A stretch of DNA of 64,000 bases from Octopus sinensis (lineage: Eukaryota), in the NCBI RefSeq assembly GCF_006345805.1, contig NC_042998.1:173662001-173726000 (forward strand), given 5' to 3'. The position numbers and the translations under genes are program-made. Numbering within the stretch: the first letter of the stretch is position 1; each line of letters opens with the position of its first letter. Below, piece by piece: positions 1 to 11,940 of this stretch. The notes beneath the pieces are model-generated. The model saw only the letters and a program-made list of their open reading frames with translations. It was not told where the DNA came from and did not search any database.

Positions 1-1816
1 TATTTCATTATATCGGTCTTTATTTTTTCTGCAATTATATATTTGATAGGAGTTTCAGAAAAAAATTAGGTCCTGCATTCTTAATATTATCTTCCCTGAT
101 TCGAGTTCAAGAGTTAAAAATATAAGACAGTCTTATATCATAACAATGATTCTTATATTTGCTCATGTGTCTGAGATTGTTCTGAAATTACTCATAAGAC
201 GGTTCCCCATTCCTTGCTATCAGACAATTCCTGTGCGATTAAAGATTTGAATTTTATCCATTAGCTACAGATATGATACATATCCATAATTTACTACAAA
301 GAGCATTGCTAAAAATAAGTAAAGTTCTCTGGAAGGCTAGTTTTATGAATTACACAGGGTTGAACGCGTCTATGATTGATAAAATAAGGTGAGAGTATAT
401 CTTTGTCGCACACTAAGGAGTTGAAAAATTCAGTAAATACAGAAGTATATTTGTGAAGGAAATCTTTTAGTAATTTAACTGGCTAAGGATGATGCTAACA
501 GGGCTGGTGAAAAGGGAGTGTTGAACCCGTCTGTAATGCAAGCAACTTTACTATCAAGAGGGTTCTTGAAAATGCCAATAGTGTATATTTTAAATCTTTT
601 GTCAATGAAATATTACTTCGGTTTTTCGGGGTTTTTTTTTACATAACAGAAAAACAGGAAGCTGGGTGCACTCTAAATTAGTTCATGTTTCTAAAAAGGC
701 GTAAAAACATGGCATTCGGAGAATACTTGTGCTGCTTCAATTTGTACTTGTTTTTATTTATGTTGGTCTCGCTATTTAGCTGTAGATCAAGCTGGATAGA
801 GAGGCATAAGATCAAATGCACTGACGATATAGCGGCCCCGTCTATTGTCCCATATTGGCAGCTTCACAGCAGTAAGTACATTATTTATCTGAGAATGAAT
901 TACTTTTTCTAGCAAAGAAAGTGACGACGAAGGTTATTTCTTGATACTTAGATAACGTAAGACACTTGCGGACTCTACATCGATAACTAAAGTATTAAGC
1001 ATTAAGATATAATGAACATTAACAAATAAAAATGTAACAAATTGGCTAATTCATATATCAATACATACACACACACACACATATATATATATATAGTCCG
1101 GCCAATACATATTGAAATTCGGAACACAATGAAATATATACATATATATTGTTGCATTTCGGGATGGTCATTTTATTTATTTATTTTCTATTTATTTATT
1201 TGTTTATTTATTCATTTATTTTGGGCCAAATATGAGAATAGATGTAAATAGAGATAGATGTGCATATGAGAAATAGAGATAGGAGTATAAAAAAAGTAAA
1301 TATATAGAGATAAATTAATAAATATATAAATATATCTGCCACATACCTATGATAAATGTAGGACAACTATAGATAAAATAAATAAATAAAACTATATAAA
1401 GGGCATGAATACATACGAAGCGAACCCACACACACACGCACATGAAATTTCATGGACGGCCATAAAGATGTCAATAACACACCTAACTCATTCAGCAGTA
1501 GCGGCGATGGCAATAACAACAACTACCACGATGGCAACACAATGGGCGAACACACATACACAGAGGAATCCAGGAACAGTACCTTTTTTTCTCGGGTCTT
1601 AGGACAGCAGCAGCACAATGGGTTGTGAGGATGGGGTTGAGGAGAAGGTCCACTGCTGCTAAACATTATGACTCACACACAAACATACACACACACATAC
1701 ACACAGATATACACGTACACACACAAGCAAGGACGCAAATGCATGCGTACATAAGATTACACACCTTAGAAGAACAGAATGGTGTAAGTGGAGCAACAAC
1801 AAACACGGAAACGAAG

Positions 1817-1861
1817 TGTCACTGAAGAGGTCACAGATGTGTGACGAAAGATTTCCTGACA
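1817..1861 (+). ncRNA. Decayed type I hammerhead ribozyme motif in a PLE-like terminal repeat
   Basis: TGTCA-CTGAAGA-G-GTCACA GATG TGTGAC-GAAA-GATTTCC-TGACA: stems I and II and both core strands are present. Helix III and the cleavage triplet are broken (C at 16.1). Confidence 0.55.
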
Positions 1862-1904
1862 ATTGATGTAAAATAAATCAGACCAATAATAGACGAGTGA
1901 AGAA

Positions 1905-1936
<32 letters not shown>

Positions 1937-1937
1937 G

Positions 1938-3488
1938 CACCTTGTCGGAAGATATTATGCAAATCGTTTTTCTTTAAATAAAATGAATCTACATAGGAAG
2001 CTGAAATTATAGGATGTTGGTACAAATGCTCTTTCTTAATTGTGGCTAAATTTTGACATACACCTGATCAGTTTTTCGTGAGTAATTATGAATTTACTGC
2101 AATTGGATGTCTGAAGTTGTTATGCAAATGTTGGAATTGTTATTTACTCTGCGTATTAGGACAATATATATGAACGCATTATGAACTTTTTACTAATTCA
2201 AAAAACAATACTTTAATATATGGTTAAAACAATTTACCTGTTGATATAACGACCTTTCTTTTCAATCAACGTTACTAATCTGTTGTCCATCGAATGTGTT
2301 AGTTTTCCAATTTGATCTTGCGAAACTGCAGCTGTAATTCTTTTTATAGCATCCTACAGTTCTACCTCACTGTTGTGCTATTTGCCTTCATAGTGTTTTT
2401 GTTTCACGACTGACCAGAAGTTTTCTATTGGGTCCAAATCAGGGCTTGGCGGTGACCACTCCATTAGTTTCTCTTTAGCAAATGCGCTCAAGAAACGCAT
2501 GATTTAAGCGAAAAGTATGTGATGGAGCATTGTCATGCATAAACATACACTTTATCTTGAAACTGTGAGGCTGACGTTTGTACCATTCAAGGAAAGTTTC
2601 ATCCAAGAATTCACAATAATTAGTACTGTTGAGTTTTACACCTTCGTGAACTTTAAATGGTCCAGTGATGGTTCTATTAACAATACCAGCCCATATCATT
2701 ACACCACCACCTCCTTATTACCGTTCTCTCATCATTGGAGCGTCTTGGCCTGACAGAACCTATCCTTTTGCCCATCTATCTGGACCATCCAATCTGACAC
2801 GCGATTCGTCAGTGAATATGACGTTTCTGAAACCTGTTTTTAAGTAAGTTCTTGGCCAATTTAGATGTTTATCAATATTAGTTGGAGATATAGGGGACTG
2901 GCGAGGAGATTTTTTTCACAGAACCAATGTCGGGAAGGACTCTACACCTTTTGTCTCTCTTTACTCCAACAATCCCAGCCATATTAAATACCTTATCGCT
3001 ACTGAGTAGTGGGTTTTTAGTGACAATGCGTTTAGGCTGACGTTTATCTCTCGTGGACAAGTTCTTGAACCCCTCTCCAGACCTTGGTTTCCTATTGTTT
3101 GTTATATCTTCAATTGCTTTCTTGATTGTTCGATGAATTCGGCCAAGCAGCTCCGAAATGTTTAAAGAGGAGTTGCCATCACTTAAAAGCTTAGTAATTT
3201 TCTGCTTTTCAGACGCTGTAATACCTTTATTTTTTTTACTTATGATTGTATTATGCAAAATAATAAAAACGTATTATTAACACTGCAAAAATATAAATTC
3301 CAGCATTTGCATAATAACTACACGCAGCCAATTTCAGTAAATTCCCAATTAATCACGAGAAACAGATCAGAAGTATGTCAAGTAAGAAAGAGCATTTGTA
3401 CAAGCATCCTAAAATTTCAGCTTCCTATGTACATGTACATTCATTTTATTACGAAAAACCGATTTGCATAATATCTTCAGACAAGGTG
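1938..3488 (-). mobile_element. Full-length decayed Tc1-like DNA transposon (DD34E-type)
   Basis: About 50-bp TIRs (CACCTTGTC.GAAGATATTATGCAAATCG) with TA on the right and TG on the left. Minus-strand motifs include an N-terminal HTH region (2878-3258), VIFTDESRVRLDGPD, GGGGVMIWAGI, FMHDNAPSH and SPDLDPIENFW, with stops and frameshifts. Confidence 0.93.
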
Positions 3489-3504
3489 TACATATATATA
3501 TATA

Positions 3505-3900
3505 TAGTCCGGATGATTATTTGGACAAAAAAATAAATAAATAAAATGGCCATCCCGAAATACAACAATATCTGTTTCAACACACGATTTTACATCAGGA
3601 ATCTAACCCTAAAATCCTAACCCTAACCCTAAAACCCTAACGCTAACCCTAAAACCCTAAAGCTAAAACCAGTGTAAACGCACGAACAAGGTCATAAATA
3701 ACAGTGACAAACGAAACATACATCGCCGATAGTTGTTGTTGACAAACAACAGCAGTAATCTTATTCAGCTGAATACACGTTATTTATTGGTTGAAATTAC
3801 CGAAATACGACATCTCTAGCATGAAATAGCTTCCGAAATATAAGGTTTTCTTAAAAACGCTAAGAGTAAAAGATGTTTTATATGACACATTCTACCAGTG
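3505..3900. repeat. Non-autonomous repeat containing degenerate telomere-like (CTAACC/CCCTAAA) units; right boundary uncertain
   Basis: CTAACCCTAAAA-type units at 3603-3670. Segment 3532-3568 matches 1149-1185 in inverted orientation at 35/37 nt, so a second copy lies at about 1095-1230. Confidence 0.55.
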
Positions 3901-4214
3901 GTCCGAAGTTTGAAAGTGATTAGTTACAAAAAATTAATTTCTCGATCTGTCGATGAAAGTGAAAAGATTCCATGGATCAAGTACGAAATCACGAAGAGAT
4001 CGCTGAAACTAGTAAACTGTCTGCAAATCTCCCTGAACTCATACCCTTCTGTCTTTAAAAATGAATACAGCGTCGAATATGCTATTTCTGAGAAAACGAC
4101 TAGAACAGCTTTGATCGTTGGTCTCTACAAATAAGATTGACTGATGACTAAATAGTAACAACTATTAGTATATTTCATACAAAGACAATATAACCTGCAT
4201 CTAGTACAGATTTT

Positions 4215-4415
4215 AAATTTTGACACAAGTCCAGCTATTTCATGAGTGGGTATAAGTCGATTACAACGACCCCAGTGGTCAACTGATACTTATTTTATCG
4301 ACCCCGAAAGGATGAAAGGCAAAGTGAACCCCGGGCGGGATTTGGATAAATATGGATACAATGCCACCAAACATTTTTCCAGGCGTGGTAACGATTCTGT
4401 CAATTCTAAGCCTTA
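4215..4415 (-). mobile_element. tRNA-derived SINE, family C (decayed)
   Basis: Shared core GTCGATAAAATAAGTA.CAGTTG...CTGGGGTCG.TGTAATCGACT with the copies at 17.7, 21.6, 44.3 and 49.0 kb. Confidence 0.75.
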
Positions 4416-5271
4416 ACTGCATCTAATACTAATGAAGTAATTCTTTATAGACCAAAATTCATGTTTGATGTTAGCTTGTAGCTGTTTTCTCTCATATTCA
4501 TGTCACTCACCATTAATTACTGCTTTATATAGCAGCTTCCTGTCGAATCAACTTATAGTCTTTATTATCTAGGATTGAAGCTCTGTAACTGCCTTCTTAA
4601 ACATATTTTCTAACTGCTATACATTGATGCTCGAAATAGACATAAGCTGAATTAGAGAAACTGGAGATTCTTCATGAGAATATTAAGTCTGTAAACTAAA
4701 CAGAAATAGAGTAGATGCTCTTTCAGAATTGTGTTAAGAAGTATTTGAAAACTGTCCTTAAGCTATATACACAAATGATATTAAATCTCATTGTTATTCA
4801 TGTTATATAATGTGAACATTTTAACACCATTAACGTGGATGTTAGCAGTAAATAATCTTCATAACAAAATTGAGTAAGCTGAAATACATATACGATCTCA
4901 TGCTGTCTGTAATATGAGAACACGCTGTAATTAATTTCTGTTGACATTTTTCAAACTAACACATTCAGTATGCAGAATATGTCAGAAGCTCCACTTTCCT
5001 GACCACTTTCTCTCATCAATTTTGTATTTTAAATTATGATAATCTTAATAGGAAGGTTATGTTTACATAAGAATACTACGTGTAGGCTCTATATATAAAG
5101 TATTGTTCAAACTGTATTTAAGATGTAATTTCAACAGATGAAAAGGCTGCCTTGAATGCAATAAGACAAATAAAGTATCTGTCAAGAGTTACACGAAACG
5201 TCATCCCATTATATATCTCTTTCTATTTTTCGCTCTCTCTTCCTCTTTCACTTTCCGTCTCTCTCTTATAT

Positions 5272-5274
5272 ATT

Positions 5275-5315
<41 letters not shown>

Positions 5316-5343
5316 CTATTTATCTATCTATCTATATATATAA

Positions 5344-5428
<85 letters not shown>
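5272..5428. repeat. Compound microsatellite (CT)n/(CTAT)n/(TA)n
   Basis: Seen directly in the sequence. Confidence 0.95.
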
Positions 5429-5429
<1 letters not shown>

Positions 5430-5741
5430 CTGAAGACTTCACTAGAGTGGACGCAAGCACTAATTTTATGATCTATAAAAACATGTGACATTAATAAATA
5501 TCTGTGAATATAAAACCATCCATATTTCTGAGTACCTTATTTCTTCTGATATATAATACCTGTACATCATCTCCAAACCTTCTAATATATATACATATAT
5601 ATATACATACATCATACATACAAACATACATACATGCGTACGTACATATATATATATACATACAAACATACATACGTACGTACATACTACATACATACAT
5701 ACATACATACATACATACATACATACATACATACATACATA

Positions 5742-6622
5742 CAAAGTGCTTGGACTAAATTTGTCGATATGTTAAGTCATGTTTTTAAGGGAACAAATTA
5801 GATGTATTTGTGAAAAGTGAACGACGTTGAAGAGCATAAAACTTGTAGTTGAGAAAAAGTAAGCCGCCATGTAGGACTGGAAGCCATCTGAATATATGAT
5901 GCTATTTACCTGTATCATGAGGATTCGCGCAGGTTACCATATTGTCGACATCATGGCTGCTGTTCAATGCTCAGTGAACCCTGTAAAGTTTGTAATATGT
6001 AACATGGACAGCTACAACGGAGTCAACAATGTCATGGCCCGCAGGAAGTGACGCAAGGTCAGAGTCCAATCTCACAAATTAGAACAGAGCCTTCGGTTCA
6101 AATCAGGCGGCTATGCAAAGTTGCTGGAGACTGACATCAATCCCTGGCTGGAAATGGTTGCAGCTGGAATGCCACATACAAAGTAGCTGTATTCGGCACC
6201 TTGACATACCTTCGGAAAATCAGAAGTGTTTTTAGAAGAATTTCTACGACTTCGCCAGCCAAAATTTCTGACCTACCTCTCACAATTGTAATCCCAAGGA
6301 TTACTGTGTGGGGCGTGGTTGAGATAGATACCAACTGCCTTGCCTGCAACACCAAGGCTGAGCTGGTGGCCGAGATCTAGGAGATGGTTGATGATCTTCC
6401 CAGGGACACAGTCATCAGACGCATGTGTCAGGTTCCGGAGTCGCTTTGAGGTCGTGGTGAAAGCTGAAGGTGGCTAATTTGAGAAAGCTGTTATCTCTTA
6501 GCGGTAATCTAGTTATCGTTTGATTTTTTAAAAAATATTATTGATTAATTTATTTATTTCAATGTGATGCTTTATTTTTTTTTTTTTTCATAGACAGGGT
6601 CAATTTTCGTCCAAATACGCTG
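5742..6622 (+). mobile_element. Internally deleted Tc1/mariner element, DD37D/maT-like
   Basis: Imperfect TIRs flanked by TA. The C-terminal translation reads CNPKDYCVWGVVEIDTN...CNTKAELVAEI...RFRSRFEVVVKAEGG. The 5' region is homologous to 13603-14605. Confidence 0.8.
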
Positions 6623-6699
6623 TATATATGTATACATATGAATGTATAAATATAAGTCTATCCAATCATGAACAAGCAAGAAAAGACAACAACGCGAGG

Positions 6700-6900
6700 A
6701 CGTGGAATAAGTACAGTGTTATTGGACACTCACACATACACACGTATAACTTAAATAACTCTAGACTTGCGCACGTTGTACATATTTGTATTATAGGAAT
6801 AAGTACATTGTTATTGTAAAAGAAAGAAAAGAAAGAGGATTTCACGTTTCGAGCGGAGCTCTTCATCAGAAATATGGAAAAATTCCATAGAAGGGAAGAC
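6700..6900 (-). mobile_element. PLE-like terminal repeat fragment with a minimal HHR core
   Basis: Minus strand: ATTT-CTGATGA-A-GAGC TCC GCTC-GAAACGT-G-AAAT. Related to 22760-22890 and 60500-60650. Confidence 0.6.
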
Positions 6901-6917
6901 GGTGATGTGTGTGTATG

Positions 6918-6967
<50 letters not shown>

Positions 6968-7017
6968 AGTGTGTGTGTGTGTGTGAGAGTGTGCATGTAG
7001 GTATGTGTATAGACATA

Positions 7018-7415
7018 CGACAATAGGCTGAAAAGTTCAGAGGCTGAGCAAGATACTCTAATGGAGTGTGACCAAATGAGGTTTATCACGTTTCTTCCAT
7101 CAGTCTTGCAGGACTTGGGCCCCATTGGCGAAGAAGCTTTCATCCTTTTGGTCAAAAAATTCATCAAATGCAGATATGACATCATCATCATCATCACTGC
7201 GATACTGGTTCGGATCCAAGCGTTTTTTCATGTTGAAAGAACAGATGATAGTGAGATGGAGCCAAATCAGGGTAATAGGGAGGAGGATCAACCAGTGGAA
7301 AGCTACGGTCATGATCAGTAACCATTGGAAGTAACGACTTGTGTGCTGGGGCATTGTCCTTAAGAAACAAGACCCCTTTTGCCAATATTCATGGGCGTCT
7401 GGATTCGTGTAAGAA
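7018..7415 (-). mobile_element. mariner (DD34D) 3' fragment
   Basis: LFLKDNAPAH, PPYYPDLAPSHYHLF and DDDVISAFDEFFDQKDESFF, ending in a terminal repeat next to TA at 7016-7017. Confidence 0.88.
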
Positions 7416-7538
7416 ATTGATGTTATATATATGCATATGCTTGAATGTGTGTGTGTGCGTGTGTGTGTGTGGTGTGTGTATGCGTGTGTGTGTGTGTGTG
7501 TGTTTGTGTGTGTGCAGGTGTGCGTATAAATTCATATA

Positions 7539-8495
7539 CCGTAAATCCTCGAGTATAATCCGCCGTTGAGTTTAATACGCAGGGGATTTTTAGGGGGCTG
7601 TACCTCTGAAAAACCTAAACCTTGTGTATAATACGCACCTCTTCTCTAACTTGAGTCAAGGAGGTCTATATAAGGTCCTTGGTTTGTAAAAATGTATACA
7701 GCAACGTCCTTTATTGCCTTCTTTATTTTTGGTATCTGTTTAATTTCATCTTTATTTTTTCATCGTAACCTAACATTTCTTTTGTCAACATCAAATGTTC
7801 TTCCGGCGGCCCTATTACTATGCTCTTCAGCATATGATATAACGTAAAGTTTAAACATAGCTGAATAAGATCTACGAGGCATTTTATGGGCATGTATTGT
7901 ATAAAATGTTTTATTGGCGATTAATGTACAGGTTTAAGTCCCGCTTATTAAAAAAAACCCTAGTAAAGACCCACAGTAGTTCAAACATTTAATACGGGTA
8001 TTTAATTATGCATTGTTTGCCACGGTAATGATGCAAACTGCCAATACAAACTGCAGGATGAACTATTTAGCGCTAAGCTATTAAGCACAATTCGTGCGTA
8101 ATTAATCCAGCAGTACCTAGTCGAACAAACACTTCCACGCATGCGTGATACAATAATGGTGATGTTCTTAACTGTTATTATGGGAATGTAAATATGTTTG
8201 CAAATTGTTTTTGTTGCATGTTATTCTGTGTTCTGAACACTTATTTTATTAAATGTTGCTTACTGCAAGTTATGGGTGAGTCTTTTATGACTTCATTGCT
8301 TTCAGGCTTAGCTTAAAGTATTTTTGCGCCCGACATCACAAAATGCATCTGAATAAACATTACCGGACAGCAAATAGAAACTCGGATATTGCTTAGAAAA
8401 CACTTTTTCATTTTTTACCTCATATATAGTACGTACTAGGCAATTTGACCTTTAAACGTTGGGGGAAAATGCGGATTATACTCGAGGAGTTACGG
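7539..8495. mobile_element. pogo/Tigger-like non-autonomous element (MITE)
   Basis: TIRs CCGTAAATCCTCGAGTATAATCCGC / GCGGATTATACTCGAGGAGTTACGG with TA on both sides. No ORF. Confidence 0.85.
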
Positions 8496-8501
8496 TACAC
8501 C

Positions 8502-8820
8502 TATATATATATAATACAAAATGGGACAAGAACGCAAAACATCCGGAAAACTAGGCGATGTCAAAAGGGACAACAAAACATCCAGATTGACGATACAAAG
8601 AAAACAAGTACGGGTCATTCGAAGTTTTCTATCTTCAGTCAAAAAATAAAAAAGTATCCTTGCAATTTCGGCTGAGGTTGTTGACTGAAGATAGAAAACA
8701 TCGAATGACCCGTCCTGGTTTTTTTGTATGGTCTATCTAGATGTTTTGTTCTCCCTTTTTGTATCGCCTAGTTGTCCGGGTGTTTTGCGTTCTTGTCCCA
8801 TTTTGTATTTTATATATATA
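8502..8820. repeat. Foldback (arms about 130 bp, spacer about 39 bp), probably PLE-derived
   Basis: 8513-8642 is an imperfect reverse complement of 8682-8809. It is flanked by (TA)n and each arm contains CTGAAGA. Confidence 0.8.
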
Positions 8821-8864
8821 GCGGCGTACGTACACTTTGTTCTCTTGTATATATCAATATATAT

Positions 8865-8941
<77 letters not shown>

Positions 8942-10127
8942 ATATTGAGCTGGCACTGTTTTAGCCCGATTTGTATATTTGTAATTTTGACGACATTGAG
9001 AAGAACATACAGAAATTTATATATAGATATATATATACATACATAAATGCTTACATACTTATATATAATCAAAAATGGTTATGTAAATATACATAAACGT
9101 ATGTTTTATGTAAGTATATGCGTTTATAGACATACACACACATGCACGCCCACGCACGCACACTCACACATACACGCATACTTTAAATAACTGTTGACTT
9201 GCGCACGTTATACATATTTGTGTTATTCTGGATTTTATTACCTTTTACTAACTTCTATATAATTTACTCCTGTGCATTTTCAATCTCTTATAGTTGCGAA
9301 GAATATTTCTATATATGTTTTCTGAAAGTTATTTCAGTACAATTTCCTTTGATTTACAAATGTATGCACTCTCTGAATAGTAAACATGTTTTTCTTCAGC
9401 AGCATAATTCTTAAACTGAGGAAATTTCCAACTGAAAATACATTTCATGATCAAAATTGTAAACTTAGGAATTCGAGTAGGGAAATCTCATTTAGACTAA
9501 AAAAATCTTACCAGTCGTTATTCTTACTGCTATGCCTACATTTCTCACGTTATTGTTGAATTTAGGGACAGTAATGTTAAATTAATGTTAGACAATTTAT
9601 ATTATGCAAGAAATGTTTCATAAAAGACTTCTTTTTACATAAGGTGAGAAATCGTCATGACAATCTGATAAATATGGGAATACGGAAGCAAAGTTTGGCA
9701 TGGTTCTTAAATCTCATCCATCTCACTTTCGAAACGTTTCATAGTATCTAAGTAAATATAGAACATAATTTCTTCGTCTCTGTTTTTCTGGATATCTTTC
9801 TTTTGCAAAATCTTTGAAAGTCAGACATTTATGTAAAGTTTGAGTTGAGTTCGTGCATAATTTTGGTTTATTTCTTTATAATTTCATTTAATATGTTTAA
9901 ATATGAAGAACTTTCAAATTTAAGAAAAATTAAAACTAAAATTTCATTGTTGCTACAATAATAGTAGCATTTAGAGAAGGTTAATTATATAGAATAGCAA
10001 AGAACGGAAATAAGTATCTTACAATATTTAGTGCCATCTCTACACGGCAATTAAAATCTGTTAAGCATGCTTTGCTTTGTTATTTCAGTGATTCGATATA
10101 AGTATCACTTCTGTATTTGATCTGTTT

Positions 10128-10172
<45 letters not shown>

Positions 10173-10510
10173 TCTCTCTCCCTCCCCCCCCTCTCTCTCT
10201 CTTGCGCACAGACATGTAGACTTGAGCCAATGTTAGAAATTATTTAATTTTAAAGGGATTCTGATTTGAGAGTCGTCCTGTGTCGACTTTATCTTTATAA
10301 CAGATGACCAATAAAATTAGGATCAGAACAATAGTACAATAATAGAAATATATTCTGTAAAGGATGATCATAATTATTTAAAACAGTTCAAAGGCCATGA
10401 TTCAGCTGTCATGAATGTAACAAAGACATAAACGAAATTTGGATCAATAAATTCAACTCATCAGTAACATAGATGTAACAAATACTTGAATGAAATTTTA
10501 CAGCTTTGTA

Positions 10511-11791
10511 TTAGGTCGTCAAGTATGAAATTTGTAGTAAGATATATGGTAAACTTTGACAGCTGGTCATTTTGCGCCATTGTTATGTTTTGACAACCTT
10601 TATTTTTTGTTAGAAAGCTGACACAACTATTTCTTTATTCTAACTAATTTTGAACTTTATAAAGTATTCATAAATCGTTTTTTGCTATTTTTGTTTAGAG
10701 ATGAATAAGTCGGAGATTCGTACAGTTTTGAAGTATGAGTTCTTTCTTGGAAATACAGCATCACAGACAGCTCGGAATATTAATGGAGTATTTTATTCTA
10801 ATGCTATTACACAGCAGACAATATCAGATTTGGTTTTCAAAATTTCGTTCTAGTAACATTTACTTCACAAATGAGCGACGCAGTTGACAAGAAACAAATG
10901 TGGATAATGACGAACTGAAAGCCACCGTCGAGTGAGATCTATCTCAAAGTGCCCGTGAATTATTGTTGTTGTTTGGAGATAGCAAGAAAACAATATTGAC
11001 TCACCTAGTTCAAATCGGTAAAGTGAAAATTTGGGTAAGTGGTTTCCACATGAACTCAATGAAAATCGGAAACTGCAAAGTTAGGAAGCCTACATAATGC
11101 TACTTTCTCGCTACAAAAATGAATCATTTTTTAATCGAATTGTAACATGTGATGAGAAATGGATCCAATACAACAACCGTAAACGTTCAGCACAATGTTC
11201 GAACAAAGACGAGCCACCAAAATACTGTCCAAAAGAAACTAATGGTGTTTGCTTGGTGGTCTGGGGCAGGTGTGATCCATTATGATTTCATTAAACCTGA
11301 CTCATCAATCACGGCCGAACTATACTGCAGCCAACTGGACCAAATGATGCAGAAATTTACAAAACAACAGCCTAGATTAAGTAACAGATCCACTCCACTC
11401 CTATTTTATTGCAAGACAATGCCAGATCACACGTCGAAAAATGACATTGGCGAAACTACAAGAGTTGGAGTTGGAGCTGGAAGTTCTCCATCATACACCA
11501 TATTCACCTGATCTTGTCCTCACTGATTACCACTTCTTTCAGAATTTGGATAACCTTTTGATAGGAAAAATTTTTAATTCCGACGATGCTAAAAACAGGC
11601 CTTCCAAGATTTTATTGACTCTAGATAGCCAGGCTTTTACTGTTCCGGGCTGGACAAGCTACCGCTGAAGTGGAAATATTATATTGACAATATGGGTGCA
11701 TACTTTGATGAATAAAACTATCCCTTGTATTTATTTATAAGACATTAGCAAACTTTTTTCTTTTCTACAAATTTCATACTTGACGACCTAA
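10511..11791 (+). mobile_element. Full-length decayed mariner (DD34D, cecropia/Hsmar1-like)
   Basis: 1281 bp with TIRs TTAGGTCGTCAAGTATGAAATTTGTAG and a TA target duplication. Motifs: WFPHEL, IVTCDEKWIQYNN, VIHYDFIKP and HTPYSPDLVLTDYHFF. Confidence 0.95.
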
Positions 11792-11940
11792 TATCAAAAA
11801 TAACAAGCACTATTATCAAGTGTCTCGTATCAAGGCTGTGAAAGATAAAAAATGGAATTTTATTGCTTTAGGGTTCTCTTTCTATGTATAGTAACCTAAA
11901 GTAATATAACTTATGTGGAATGTATATATAATCATCAATA

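Noticed and set aside
1095-3570. Composite transposon bounded by the inverted matches at 1149-1185 and 3532-3568
   Set aside because: The matches are internal parts of two oppositely oriented copies of one repeat, and no shared target duplication encloses the interval.
3603-3670. True telomere or chromosome-fusion site
   Set aside because: The array is short, degenerate, single-orientation and embedded in a dispersed repeat.
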